Below are positions 36,758 through 45,938 of a stretch of DNA of 64,000 nucleotides, in pieces (position 1 is the first letter of the stretch; every line of letters begins with the position of its first letter). Both the position numbers and the translations under genes were made by a program. Under the pieces are notes generated by a model. The model did not search any database, was not told where the DNA came from, and saw nothing but the letters and a program-made list of their open reading frames with translations. Where the stretch lies: NCBI GenBank assembly GCA_947085655.1, contig CAMTXH010000006.1, forward strand, positions 70,498-134,497, given 5' to 3'. Source of the DNA: an uncultured Omnitrophica bacterium (GTDB taxonomy: Bacteria; Omnitrophota; Gorgyraeia; JACQQV01).

Positions 36758-36788
36758 CAATATTATCATAAAGTGATAATATTGTCAA
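36758..36788 (-). promoter_or_regulatory. Promoter overlapped by an 11-5-11 palindromic operator
   Basis: TTGACA-17-TAATAT; inverted repeat CAATATTATCA-n5-TGATAATATTG at 36758-36784. Confidence 0.8.
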
Positions 36789-36793
36789 GTGCC

Positions 36794-37819
36794 TTAGACG
36801 CTGAATTTGATGGCGAGGACGTCGCCGTCTTTGACCGGGTACTCCTTCCCTTCCAAACGGAGAAGCCCCTTCTCGCGGAGGGTATTGACCGAACCGTGGT
36901 TGAAAAGGTCATTACAGGAAAAGACCTCTGCTTTGATAAATCCCCTTGCCATGTCGGTGTGAATTTTGCCGGCCGCATCGATCACTGTTCTTCCTTCCTC
37001 AAGCGCCCAAGCCCTTGCCTCATCCCCTACCACCGTAAAAAAGGAGATCGTCTGGAAGGCCTGGAAAGTTGTCTTGAAAAAGGACTCTTTGGCGAGTTGT
37101 TCGATGCCGAGTTCCTTCATAAATGTTTTCCGCTCCGCTTCATCCAGTTCAAGAAGCTCTTTTTCGCTCTTCGCGGAAAATGCTATCCATGGAAGACCGA
37201 GCTTCGCAATCTCCTCCAAACATTGCAATTTTTCTCCGATGCCAGATTCGGCAATGTTGACAATAATCGCCAAGGGTTTCCTGGATAGGAAGGTATAATG
37301 TTTGATCCATTTCTCCTCGTCGGCTGTCAAGGGTAGACTTCGAAGCGGCATCTCTTTTTTCACAGCGTCGCGACATTTGACAAGGACCGGAAGTTCCTTT
37401 TCCCTCTCCTTCCTCCCTTTCTTGAGTTCTTCTTCCAGTTTCCGGGTGGAACTTTCAAGAACCTCCAGATCCTTCAGCAAAAGTTCTGAAGAAATGGCGT
37501 TGAATTCCTCAACCGGATTCGGGGAATCTGTAAAAGCATTCAATACCACCGCAAAACCCTCCGTCTCCCGGACCTGGGCAAAATTCAGTCCCTGATTGGG
37601 TGTCGCGGTCAGTTGGGGCGAATCGACCAGTTCTATGTGGAGATAAGTCTTTTTCTTGGAACGGACGATTTCGGAGAGCCGGTCGAGCCGCTCATCCAAA
37701 AAAGAGAGCGTGGCAATGGATGGTTTCTGGTATTCCGGCGGATGGGCCTGGGGTCCGGCAAGGGCAAAAAAAGCGGTGGTCTTCCCGGATTGGGGGACCC
37801 CGATGAGGGCGATCTTCAT
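36794..37819 (-). CDS. ychF: YchF-like ATPase (DUF933 C-terminus)
   Basis: GVPQSGKTT, FFTV, AGKIHTDMARGFIKAE, RLEGKEY.VKDGD. Confidence 0.85.
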   Translation of the reverse strand: MKIALIGVPQSGKTTAFFALAGPQAHPPEYQKPSIATLSFLDERLDRLSEIVRSKKKTYLHIELVDSPQLTATPNQGLNFAQVRETEGFAVVLNAFTDSPNPVEEFNAISSELLLKDLEVLESSTRKLEEELKKGRKEREKELPVLVKCRDAVKKEMPLRSLPLTADEEKWIKHYTFLSRKPLAIIVNIAESGIGEKLQCLEEIAKLGLPWIAFSAKSEKELLELDEAERKTFMKELGIEQLAKESFFKTTFQAFQTISFFTVVGDEARAWALEEGRTVIDAAGKIHTDMARGFIKAEVFSCNDLFNHGSVNTLREKGLLRLEGKEYPVKDGDVLAIKFSV

Positions 37820-37876
37820 GAAACTATTTTAACATAAAAAAGATTGTGTTATGATGGTTTCCTGACGGAGGCACAG

Positions 37877-38488
37877 ATGGGACTTCTCGTACTGGTTCGG
37901 CACGGACAATCTCAGTGGAATCTTGAAAATAAATTCACCGGATGGATTGACGTCCCCCTCACCGAAAAAGGCCGGGAGGAAGCGCGGAAGGGGGCTTTGA
38001 AGATTAAAGCGATCCGTTTCGACAAGGCCTTTACCTCCGCTTTAATCCGTGCCCACCAGACCCTCGATATTATTCTGGAGGCGATTAAGCAGAAAACGAT
38101 TCCCGTCGAAAAGGACCAGGCGCTGAATGAGCGCCATTACGGCGAACTGCAGGGATTAAACAAGGACGAGATGCGCCAAAAATTCGGAGAGAAGCGGGTC
38201 CATCTTTGGCGCCGGAGTTACGATGTGGCGCCTCCCGGCGGGGAAAGTCTCAAAGATACGGCCGCCAGGACCCTTCCTTACTTTAGGAAGAAAATCCTGC
38301 CTGAAGTGAAAGCGGGTAAAAATATTCTTGTTTCGGCCCACGGCAACAGTCTCCGGTCGATCGTGATGGACCTTGATAAACTCTCGAAGGAGGAAGTCAT
38401 CCGACTTGAAATCGCAACTGGTGCCCCCATCGTCTACGAGATCGATCCCTCCGGAAAAATCCTTAAGAAGACTGTTCATGCCCTGTAG
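37877..38488 (+). CDS. gpmA: 2,3-BPG-dependent phosphoglycerate mutase
   Basis: RHGQSQWN, NERHYGELQG, AHGNSLR; GGAGG RBS before ATG 37877. Confidence 0.96.
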   Translation: MGLLVLVRHGQSQWNLENKFTGWIDVPLTEKGREEARKGALKIKAIRFDKAFTSALIRAHQTLDIILEAIKQKTIPVEKDQALNERHYGELQGLNKDEMRQKFGEKRVHLWRRSYDVAPPGGESLKDTAARTLPYFRKKILPEVKAGKNILVSAHGNSLRSIVMDLDKLSKEEVIRLEIATGAPIVYEIDPSGKILKKTVHAL

Positions 38489-38936
38489 AAAGAGGAAATC
38501 GGATCGGCCAAAAAGGGTAATTCCCGGACCACTGGCCTTCCCGATTCAGCCGGATTTCCCGACCGGTATACTCGGCTGACCTTCGCCTCGCAATAATGGT
38601 AAAATCGTCTCTGCCTCCAATGACCCGATAATCCCACTTTCTTTCTTCCGAAAAGTTCGGCTCTATCAGCAAATTTCTGAACGGCGCCCCCCAGTATTCC
38701 AAACCATCCGAGGCAAATTTCAGATGTTCGTGATAATAAATGAATTCATCGCGGCGGATGATACCGAGAGTATAAAGGGCCTCGACTGTCGCGAATAGCT
38801 CCCTCCAAATAATGACCGGTGCCGGCGGTTCATCCGGTGACGCGTCATTTCCATAACCCGGCAAAGGGAAAAAGAAGAGAGTCGAGAGCAGCACCGCCAA
38901 AAGGAAAGACAAACTTCTTTTGGTTTTTCGAGTCAT
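38463..38936 (-). CDS. Hypothetical exported protein
   Basis: Signal-peptide-like N-terminus; ATGA-coupled to the glycosylase gene. Confidence 0.65.
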   Translation of the reverse strand: MTRKTKRSLSFLLAVLLSTLFFFPLPGYGNDASPDEPPAPVIIWRELFATVEALYTLGIIRRDEFIYYHEHLKFASDGLEYWGAPFRNLLIEPNFSEERKWDYRVIGGRDDFTIIARRRSAEYTGREIRLNREGQWSGNYPFWPIRFPLSTGHEQSS

Positions 38937-39766
38937 GATAAAGTCCTCTGCGCATAGACGTACAGATATTGCTGAGCATAGCCGGAAGTTCCACCGAATT
39001 TTTTTTCGGCGAAACGTTGCATTTTCCGGTAAGAGCGGCGCCGGCCCCGAAAATAACACTTCCGAAGAGCCCGCTCAATCCAGACATCGATCGGAAACGC
39101 CTCCATCCTCCCGTACGCAAAAAGGAGAATGCAATCCGCCACCTTTTCTCCCACACCCGGAAGGGTTAAAAGGGCTTCTTTCGCTTCGGCCGTCTCCATC
39201 CGGTGCAATTTTTCCAGACGAAACCTCCCCTCCGAAACGGCCCTTGCCGTTTCCAAAAGATACCGGTCGCGGAAACCGGGGCGGATCGGAAAAAGATCGG
39301 AAGACTTAAGTGCCGCGATTTTCTCCGGTGCCGGAAAGGTATATCGGAGCGCGCCATTCGAACCAACCGGCATCCCGAAGCGGACGGAGAGATTTTCCAC
39401 CAAAGAGGCGATCCGCTTCACGTTGTTAAAAGAAGAAAAAATGTAAGAACCGAGACACTCCCACGGATCCTGTTTCAGAATCCGGAGCCCCCAGAATTCC
39501 TTGAGGGCATCTTCAAGAACAGGGTCTTCCCGGAGAGGAGAAAGCATTTCTTGGAGGTTCAGGTCGAGGGAAAAATACCGGACAATTTCTTCGGGTGGAA
39601 CAGGCGGATCGGTTTCCACAAAAAGAGTATCGCCTTCTTGCGAGACCTTCCAGACCCCATTGCCCACGACGCCGGTGTACCCCTCACCATTTCGCTGCCA
39701 CCGGAACGCCTGCCCGCACTCCAGCGTCTGCCGTAAACTAAAGTCACTTACCCGAAGTATAAGCAT
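38933..39766 (-). CDS. 8-oxoguanine DNA glycosylase (OGG1-like, HhH-GPD)
   Basis: TLECGQAFRW, QDPWE, LPGVGEKVADC, FPIDVW, GYAQQYL. Confidence 0.93.
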   Translation of the reverse strand: MLILRVSDFSLRQTLECGQAFRWQRNGEGYTGVVGNGVWKVSQEGDTLFVETDPPVPPEEIVRYFSLDLNLQEMLSPLREDPVLEDALKEFWGLRILKQDPWECLGSYIFSSFNNVKRIASLVENLSVRFGMPVGSNGALRYTFPAPEKIAALKSSDLFPIRPGFRDRYLLETARAVSEGRFRLEKLHRMETAEAKEALLTLPGVGEKVADCILLFAYGRMEAFPIDVWIERALRKCYFRGRRRSYRKMQRFAEKKFGGTSGYAQQYLYVYAQRTLS

Positions 39767-39777
39767 ATGTTATCTTG

Positions 39778-39967
39778 TGCCGAGCGGCGACTCAGTACGT
39801 TGTAAGCGAAAAGCGACAGGGTTTGCCGGAGCGACTGTCGAAAATCCGACGCATCCTTGACCGCGATCCAGTGTCGCGTCGGATTTTCGTCACAGCGAGC
39901 GGAGATGCGTAATCGAAGCGAGCGACAAGCGGAGGCAACCCTGGCGATTTTCGCTATGCCGAGCGGC
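39778..39967. repeat. Nested-palindrome intergenic element (REP/MITE-like)
   Basis: Direct repeat TGCCGAGCGGC at both ends; nested inverted repeats, including a 14-bp perfect pair 39839-39852/39876-39889. Confidence 0.7.
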
Positions 39968-39973
39968 TTCCCA

Positions 39974-40534
39974 TCAACTTTGAATTTTGGGAAGGGTGAT
40001 CTCCTTCTGCGCCTGGTATCGTCCCTTCTTATCCTTATAAGAGACCTCGCACACCTCATCCGCCTGAAAGAAAATCACCTGCCCAATTCCCTCATCCGCG
40101 TAGATTTTCGCGGGGAGCGGCGTGGTGTTCAAAATCTGAAGCGTCGCATACCCCTCCCACTCCGGCTCAAAAGGGGTAACGTTGATCAGGATGCCGCAGC
40201 GGGCATAACTCGATTTTCCGACGCAGAGCGTGAGAATATTCCTGGGAATCCGGAAATATTCCACCGTTTTCCCGAGCACAAAAGAATGGGGCGCGATCGT
40301 GCAGATTTTCCCGATAAAATCGGCGAAACAGGCCGGGTCCAGGTGCTTCGGATCGACGAAACTCGCTTTGGTCGGGTTGAAAATTTTGAATTCATCCGAG
40401 AGGGTGATGTCATAACCGTAGGAAGAGATACCGTAGGAAATCACCCCTTTTGAGAGCTGCCTTTCATGAAAGGGCTCGATCATTTTCTCTTTTTCGCACA
40501 TCTTCCGGATCCACCGGTCGTTTTTAATGCTCAT
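39974..40534 (-). CDS. dcd: dCTP deaminase
   Basis: [31 protein letters not shown]. Confidence 0.96.
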   Translation of the reverse strand: MSIKNDRWIRKMCEKEKMIEPFHERQLSKGVISYGISSYGYDITLSDEFKIFNPTKASFVDPKHLDPACFADFIGKICTIAPHSFVLGKTVEYFRIPRNILTLCVGKSSYARCGILINVTPFEPEWEGYATLQILNTTPLPAKIYADEGIGQVIFFQADEVCEVSYKDKKGRYQAQKEITLPKIQS

Positions 40535-42160
40535 GCATTTCCTCCGAGGATCAGTTTCCTTAAATATTTAAACGGGAGGGAACCTTCTTTGAGAAGCCGC
40601 GTATGGAATTCACCCAGCTTGAAATGACCCTTTTTTCTTGTAATCCTCCCTTAACCTCAAAATTTCCTGCTTCCCGATCAGATAACTGGACGGCTGGGTC
40701 GGCTCCAACAGATACCGTCTCACCTCTCTGATGGCAGAGTCATGCGCCATCGAGACCTCCCGCTTCAAAAATGCCACTCCCTCCCTTGATGTCATCCGGC
40801 CGGTATGGAGTTGCGAATCGAGGATGACGCGGGAGGATCGCCAGAGATGGTTTTTCATGAGGAGAAGATAGGTCTTCGAATCCGGGTCAAATCCCTCTTC
40901 AAGCATCATCTCTTCGCAATAAAAAGCCCATCCTTCTGCCAGCACATCATCATGCGAAAACTTCCGGATGGGGGAGGGGTGGTCATTCTGCCAGGCGAAC
41001 TGAAGGTGGTGCCCCGGATAGGCCTCGTGGATTACCGTCAGCCGAACTTCCTGGATCGAGTGCTCCCGCAGAAGGGCCCGGATTTTTTTCTTGCTTCCAA
41101 AAGGAGGGGTCACATAGAAAATGCCCTGCGGCTTTTTCTCAAGGGGAGCCGGCGGAAGGTAGGCGGCATACGGGATAATCGGCCGATCATAGACGGGTGT
41201 TTCGGTTACAAGGAGATGATCCTTCCTCGGGAATTTGGCGATCTCTTTCTCCCGGATAAAGCGCCTCACCCGGGAAAGGACCTTTTGGTACTCGCCGACA
41301 AGATGTTTCGGGCTTGGAAGATCCAGCCGGCTTTTATAAAGGATGGAGCGCCAGTCCTGATGGGGATCAATGAGCTTGGCAACCATCCGGATTTTTTTCT
41401 TCGACGATTCCAGTTCCTCCCTTCCCATCTCGTAGAGGGTTTTGGAATTGTAGGGCAGAAGATGCGCCTCTTTCAGCATGAAGTCGAAAAGCTCGCGTCC
41501 GATGGCGGCGGATCCCTTTGCCTTTCGAAAAAGTTTTTTCTTAAGAAAGCGGCTGTATTCTCTGAGGGCGAGGAGAGTTTCCCGCTGCGCCTCCAAAAGG
41601 TCTCTCCGAAGGGATGCGGGCAACCCCGAGTCTTTTGGGACAATGTCTTCAAAGAATTCGATGGCGCTTTCGGTGATTTCATGGGCGGTGTGGACGGCGT
41701 CCTTTGAGCAGACTTTCAGATTCCGCTTGGCCTGTTCCAGAAACCGCGGGATCTGCCGCATCCGGAGACTCAGATTCCGAACCCGTTCCTTCCGCGGCGC
41801 AAAGATCCCGACCACAAGGAAATAACAGGCCTCCGTGCAGTACGTGGCGTAAGAGGCGGGGTCCGTCTCCCAGGGCCTCTGGCGTCTCTCAAGTTCCAAT
41901 CCCGCCCAAAGGTCCTGGCAGAGTGATTCATAATCGATCCGCGTTTCAAAATCGAGTCTTTGGGGGTTTATTTTGCTCCGGAAGGCCCGTAAAAAATCGG
42001 CCTCCCCCCTCAGATACTCTTCGATTCCGTCTTTCGAAAAATCACCGAGGAGATCATCATAAAGATGGTATCCGTAATGGGTCGCCTCCATCGGCCGGGC
42101 CCTGAAAAAGAACCGTTTATAATCGGAAAAGAGTTTGTAGAGTTTTTCCTTCTCGGACAT
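40531..42160 (-). pseudogene. DUF885-family protein (putative metallopeptidase) with a frameshift near the 3' end
   Basis: HEAYPGHH, EGWAFY, Y.IGK. The conserved tail FKLGEFHTRLLKEGSLP lies in the +1 frame after an A6 run at 40631-40636. Confidence 0.8.
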
Positions 42161-42221
42161 CGCCTTTTTTCCATCATACTACAAAAAGAATAGACAGGAA
42201 AGCACAATCCCGCTAAAATAA

Positions 42222-43622
42222 ATGGCCATGAACAAAATCCAAAGGGCCAACTGGGTGCATGAGCTTCTTTTAAAACTTCCCCCCGAAGAGCAACGAAACC
42301 TCCTTCGCCGGGTCCGACAGGTCAGTCACGAGGAGAGAATCCTGTATGAAAAATCGAGGGGAGGGGAGAAGGTGATCGACCTTTTTGTCCGGCCCCGTCT
42401 CCTCTATCCATATCAGTTGGCCTACTGCCGGAGCATCATCCTGGAACTTCAGAAGGCGATCGAGACGATTTACTTCAATTATTTCCATGAACCGATGTTT
42501 CAGGAAATTCTTCCTTTCCACGGCATTGAAAGGGAGCATTTTGTCCGCTTTTATGCCGCCCAGGGCCGCGCCCAAACCGTCATGAGCCGGTGGGATGCCG
42601 TTTCCGATTATAGCGGCGCGAACTGGAAAAGGCACCTTCGGTTTGTCGAATGGAACGGCGTCGGAATCGGCGGGATTTACTATGCGGTTGCGACAGAAGC
42701 AATTATGCGGCGGTCTCTCCTCCCGCTCCTTAAGAAATTGCGTCCCGATCTTCAGATTGTGCGGATGACCGATGCCCGCGAGTTGCTTCTGCGGCAGATC
42801 CTCCGCCATGCCAAAAAGGTGCGTATTTCCTTAAAACGCGTCGCTTTGGTGGAGGAACTCCGTGACCCCGGCGGGCCGCTCGAATTCGAAGAGTTCCGCG
42901 ATTACTTCAAAAAAAGGGGGCTCGATGCGCTCCTTTCGGATGCGCGAGATCTCTCTTTAAGGAAGGGAAAGATTTTTGCGCGCGGAAAAGAGGTCCAGAT
43001 GATTTACCGGGATACGGAGCTTGAAGAAGCCCTTTATATGGAAAAAAAGAAAGAAAACGTCGATGCCTTTAAGGAGGCGTTCCGCCGGAATGCCGCCGTC
43101 TCTTCCTTAATGGGAGAACTTGACCATAAAAGCGCTTTGGAGGTTCTCACCCGGCCCGATCTTGCGGGCACCTTTACCCCGAAGCAGCGCAAAATCTTCC
43201 GCGCCCATGTCACCTGGACAAGGTTGCTTCGCCCCATCAAGACCACCGACCCCTACGGTCGGACGGTCGACCTCTATACGTATGCAAGACGCAAAAAAGA
43301 AACATCGGTGATTAAACCGAACCGGGAATTCGGAGGGGTCGGGGTTATCTTTGGAAGAAAACTTTCACAAAGGGAGTGGGAAAAAGCTTTGGCGAAGGCG
43401 GTCCGCCATCCGGGCACATGGGTGATTCAACATGAGGCCCAAAACCACCCGAAAAAATTTGTCACTTCCCGGAGGGGCAAACTTCAGGAGGAGACGATCA
43501 ATGTCGTCGACGGCCACATCGTCACCCCGGACGGGATCTCCATCATCGGCCGCGGCGCCCGCCATGAGGTTGTCAATGTTGCAAGACAGGGCGGCCTCGT
43601 CGCCACACTCGTGTATCGATAG
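42222..43622 (+). CDS. Circularly permuted ATP-grasp / glutathionylspermidine-synthase-like ligase
   Basis: RWD, FVEWN, IYR, KSAL, VIKPNREFGGVGV, WVIQ, VVNVARQGG. Confidence 0.75.
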   Translation: MAMNKIQRANWVHELLLKLPPEEQRNLLRRVRQVSHEERILYEKSRGGEKVIDLFVRPRLLYPYQLAYCRSIILELQKAIETIYFNYFHEPMFQEILPFHGIEREHFVRFYAAQGRAQTVMSRWDAVSDYSGANWKRHLRFVEWNGVGIGGIYYAVATEAIMRRSLLPLLKKLRPDLQIVRMTDARELLLRQILRHAKKVRISLKRVALVEELRDPGGPLEFEEFRDYFKKRGLDALLSDARDLSLRKGKIFARGKEVQMIYRDTELEEALYMEKKKENVDAFKEAFRRNAAVSSLMGELDHKSALEVLTRPDLAGTFTPKQRKIFRAHVTWTRLLRPIKTTDPYGRTVDLYTYARRKKETSVIKPNREFGGVGVIFGRKLSQREWEKALAKAVRHPGTWVIQHEAQNHPKKFVTSRRGKLQEETINVVDGHIVTPDGISIIGRGARHEVVNVARQGGLVATLVYR

Positions 43623-43632
43623 GGACTGTCCC
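43540..43632 (+). repeat. 93-bp direct repeat, copy 1 (3' end of the ATP-grasp gene)
   Basis: Recurs at 45071-45163 with 4 mismatches. Confidence 0.9.
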
Positions 43633-43706
43633 CCATATTCTCCTCCGAGTCGCTTCTGTGGGGGGACTGTCCCTAAGAGTAAATCCTTATTTACTGTCCC
43701 CCATAC
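43620..43706. repeat. GGGACTGTCCC palindromic (REP-like) unit 1
   Basis: TAGGGACTGTCCCCCA...TGGGGGGACTGTCCCTA followed by AGAGTAAATCCTTATTTACTGTCCCCCATA. Confidence 0.85.
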
Positions 43707-43781
43707 TGACGAGGGTGTTAGTAAGAAGGATACACTAGTCCCCTTAAAAGGGACTTAGTCCCGCAAGGTGTGGAATTCTTC

Positions 43782-43826
43782 TTGACAGACCCTGAAGGGT
43801 CGTGTAATATGAATATTGGATATTCA
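43782..43826 (+). promoter_or_regulatory. Promoter and operator-like inverted repeat for the AAA ATPase
   Basis: TTGACA-17-TAATAT; TGAATAT-TGG-ATATTCA. Confidence 0.65.
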
Positions 43827-43846
43827 AAATATACATAGGCGCATTC

Positions 43847-45046
43847 ATGAAGATTCAAAGAATTCTGGCGAAAAAGCTTCTTTTGTCCGTGAAGCGTTTC
43901 CCGGTGGTGACCGTCACCGGACCCCGTCAATCGGGCAAAACCACACTGGTTCGTGGTGAACTCCGGAACTACGCGTATCTCTCATTGGAATCCCCCGACC
44001 ATCGCGCTTTTGCCTTAGAGGACCCCAAAGGATTCCTGAAGCAGTTTAACGGACCTGTCATCCTGGATGAGGTCCAGCGCACGCCGGATCTATTTTCCTA
44101 TATCCAGGTAGCCGTCGATGAGCGAGATCGTCCGGGGCAATTCATCCTGACAGGATCGCATCATTTTCTCCTCTTACAGACGATTTCACAGTCTCTGGCC
44201 GGACGGTGCGCTGTTCTGCATCTACTCCCCTTTTCTTTGGCGGAACTGTTTGGCCGTCAAAGTGCTTCGATGGAAAAACTGGGAAAAAGAGTTTCCTCCC
44301 CTGGCCCTCTTCCCCGTCGATCTCTTGTGGAATATCTTTTCTCCGGATTTTACCCGAGGATTCATGATAAAAGGCTTCCTCCCCGCGACTGGCTGGGGAG
44401 TTACTACCAGACCTATCTGGAGCGGGATGTCCGAAATGTCCTGAAAGTGGGGGATCTTGAGGCATTTAGCCGATTTGTCCATCTTTGCGCCGGACGGAAC
44501 GGGCAGTTGCTGAATCTTGTAGGGCTTGCTTCCGATTGCGGCATCACGCATACCACGGCGAGACGGTGGATTTCCGTCTTGGAAGCAAGTTTCCTGATTG
44601 TGCTCCTTCGGCCCCATCACCGAAATTTCGGAAAGCGGCTTGTCAAAAGCCCGAAGATTTATTTTTTGGACACGGGGCTTCTCTGCTTCTTGCTCGGAAT
44701 CCGATCTCCGCGGGAGCTCCATGCGCATGGCGCGCGCGGCGCCATTTTTGAGAGCCTTGTGTTTTCGGAGTTCTATAAGAATTTCGTCCACCGGGGGGAG
44801 CGGCCTTCCATTTATTTCTGGAGAGATGCTAGGGGACATGAGATCGATTTCCTCATCGACGCAGGCGGGCGTTTGCTACCGGTTGAAGCGAAGTCGGGTC
44901 GGACAGTTTCCGAGAACTTCTTTGATGAAATCGTCTACTGGAGGAGTCTTGCGGGACAGCGGAAAGCGCCGGCTGCTTTGATCTATGGGGGGGATCAGCC
45001 GTTACTGCGTCAAGGGGTAGCGATTCATCCCTGGTTTACGCTGTAA
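43847..45046 (+). CDS. AAA_14 ATPase with DUF4143/restriction-endonuclease-like C-terminus
   Basis: GPRQSGKTT, LDEVQ, LTGS, KSPKIYFLDTGL, EIDF..PVEAK. Confidence 0.93.
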   Translation: MKIQRILAKKLLLSVKRFPVVTVTGPRQSGKTTLVRGELRNYAYLSLESPDHRAFALEDPKGFLKQFNGPVILDEVQRTPDLFSYIQVAVDERDRPGQFILTGSHHFLLLQTISQSLAGRCAVLHLLPFSLAELFGRQSASMEKLGKRVSSPGPLPRRSLVEYLFSGFYPRIHDKRLPPRDWLGSYYQTYLERDVRNVLKVGDLEAFSRFVHLCAGRNGQLLNLVGLASDCGITHTTARRWISVLEASFLIVLLRPHHRNFGKRLVKSPKIYFLDTGLLCFLLGIRSPRELHAHGARGAIFESLVFSEFYKNFVHRGERPSIYFWRDARGHEIDFLIDAGGRLLPVEAKSGRTVSENFFDEIVYWRSLAGQRKAPAALIYGGDQPLLRQGVAIHPWFTL

Positions 45047-45070
45047 TCATCCATTATTCTTCGACTATCC

Positions 45071-45163
45071 CCATCATCGGCCGCAGCGCCCGCCATGAGG
45101 TTGTCAATGTTGCAAGACAGGGCGGCCTCGTCGCCACGCTGGTGTATCAATAGGGACTGTCCC
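45071..45163 (+). repeat. 93-bp direct repeat, copy 2 (orphan 3' end of the ATP-grasp gene)
   Basis: Matches 43540-43632 at 89/93. Confidence 0.9.
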
Positions 45164-45263
45164 TAAGAGTAAATCCTTATTTACTGTCCCCCATACGCTT
45201 CTCTGAATCGCTTCTGTGGGGGGACTGTCCCTAAGAGTAAATCCTTATTTACTGTCCCCCATA
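45151..45263. repeat. GGGACTGTCCC palindromic (REP-like) unit 2, tandem
   Basis: Two copies of GGGACTGTCCCTAAGAGTAAATCCTTATTTACTGTCCCCCATA. Confidence 0.85.
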
Positions 45264-45331
45264 TAGTCCGCAGTTCGGAGTTTATAGTTCGTAGAAATAT
45301 TATGAGTGAAAGACTTCCCCGACATTTTTCC

Positions 45332-45372
45332 TTGACATCGCCTCCAGTCATAACTTACAATAATCATTGTAA
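45332..45372 (+). promoter_or_regulatory. Promoter/operator of the MNT-HEPN pair
   Basis: TTGACA-18-TACAAT; inverted repeat TTACAAT-AATC-ATTGTAA. Confidence 0.65.
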
Positions 45373-45395
45373 TAATTAACAATGGAGGGCGATGG

Positions 45396-45938
45396 ATGAT
45401 CAGTCTCCGATCCCAGATGACACAGAAAGTCCTTGGATACCTCATGCTCCATGAGGACTCGGAGCTCTATGTCAACGAAATGGCACGCCGCCTAGAGGTG
45501 GATCCGGGAAACCTCATTCGGAAGCTCAAAGAACTGGAGGAAGAAGGTCTTCTCAAAAGCCGCACAAGAGGAAAAGAACGCTATTATTCTCTCAACACCT
45601 CTTTTGCTCTCTTTAAAGAATACAAAAAGATCATCCTGAAAACAGTGGGTCTGGAACACCTCCTCAAAGAGGCGATCCGGAAGATAAAAGGCATTCAGGC
45701 GGCGTGGCTTTTCGGCTCCTATGCCAGGGATAAGATGGATGCTTCAAGCGATGTTGATCTTCTCCTCGTAGGGACACATGACGCCGTGGATGCCCAAAGG
45801 AAAATCGCTCCAATCCAAAAATCCATTGATCGGGAGATCAACGTCGTGAGCATGAGTCCAAAGGAATACCAAAAAGGCCGGGGAAGCCATTCCCTTCTTA
45901 AATCGATCCGGAAAAGCCGGCACATTCAACTCCTATGA
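45396..45938 (+). CDS. wHTH plus minimal nucleotidyltransferase (MNT antitoxin)
   Basis: N-terminal wHTH; LFGSYAR...SDVDL. Confidence 0.9.
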   Translation: MISLRSQMTQKVLGYLMLHEDSELYVNEMARRLEVDPGNLIRKLKELEEEGLLKSRTRGKERYYSLNTSFALFKEYKKIILKTVGLEHLLKEAIRKIKGIQAAWLFGSYARDKMDASSDVDLLLVGTHDAVDAQRKIAPIQKSIDREINVVSMSPKEYQKGRGSHSLLKSIRKSRHIQLL

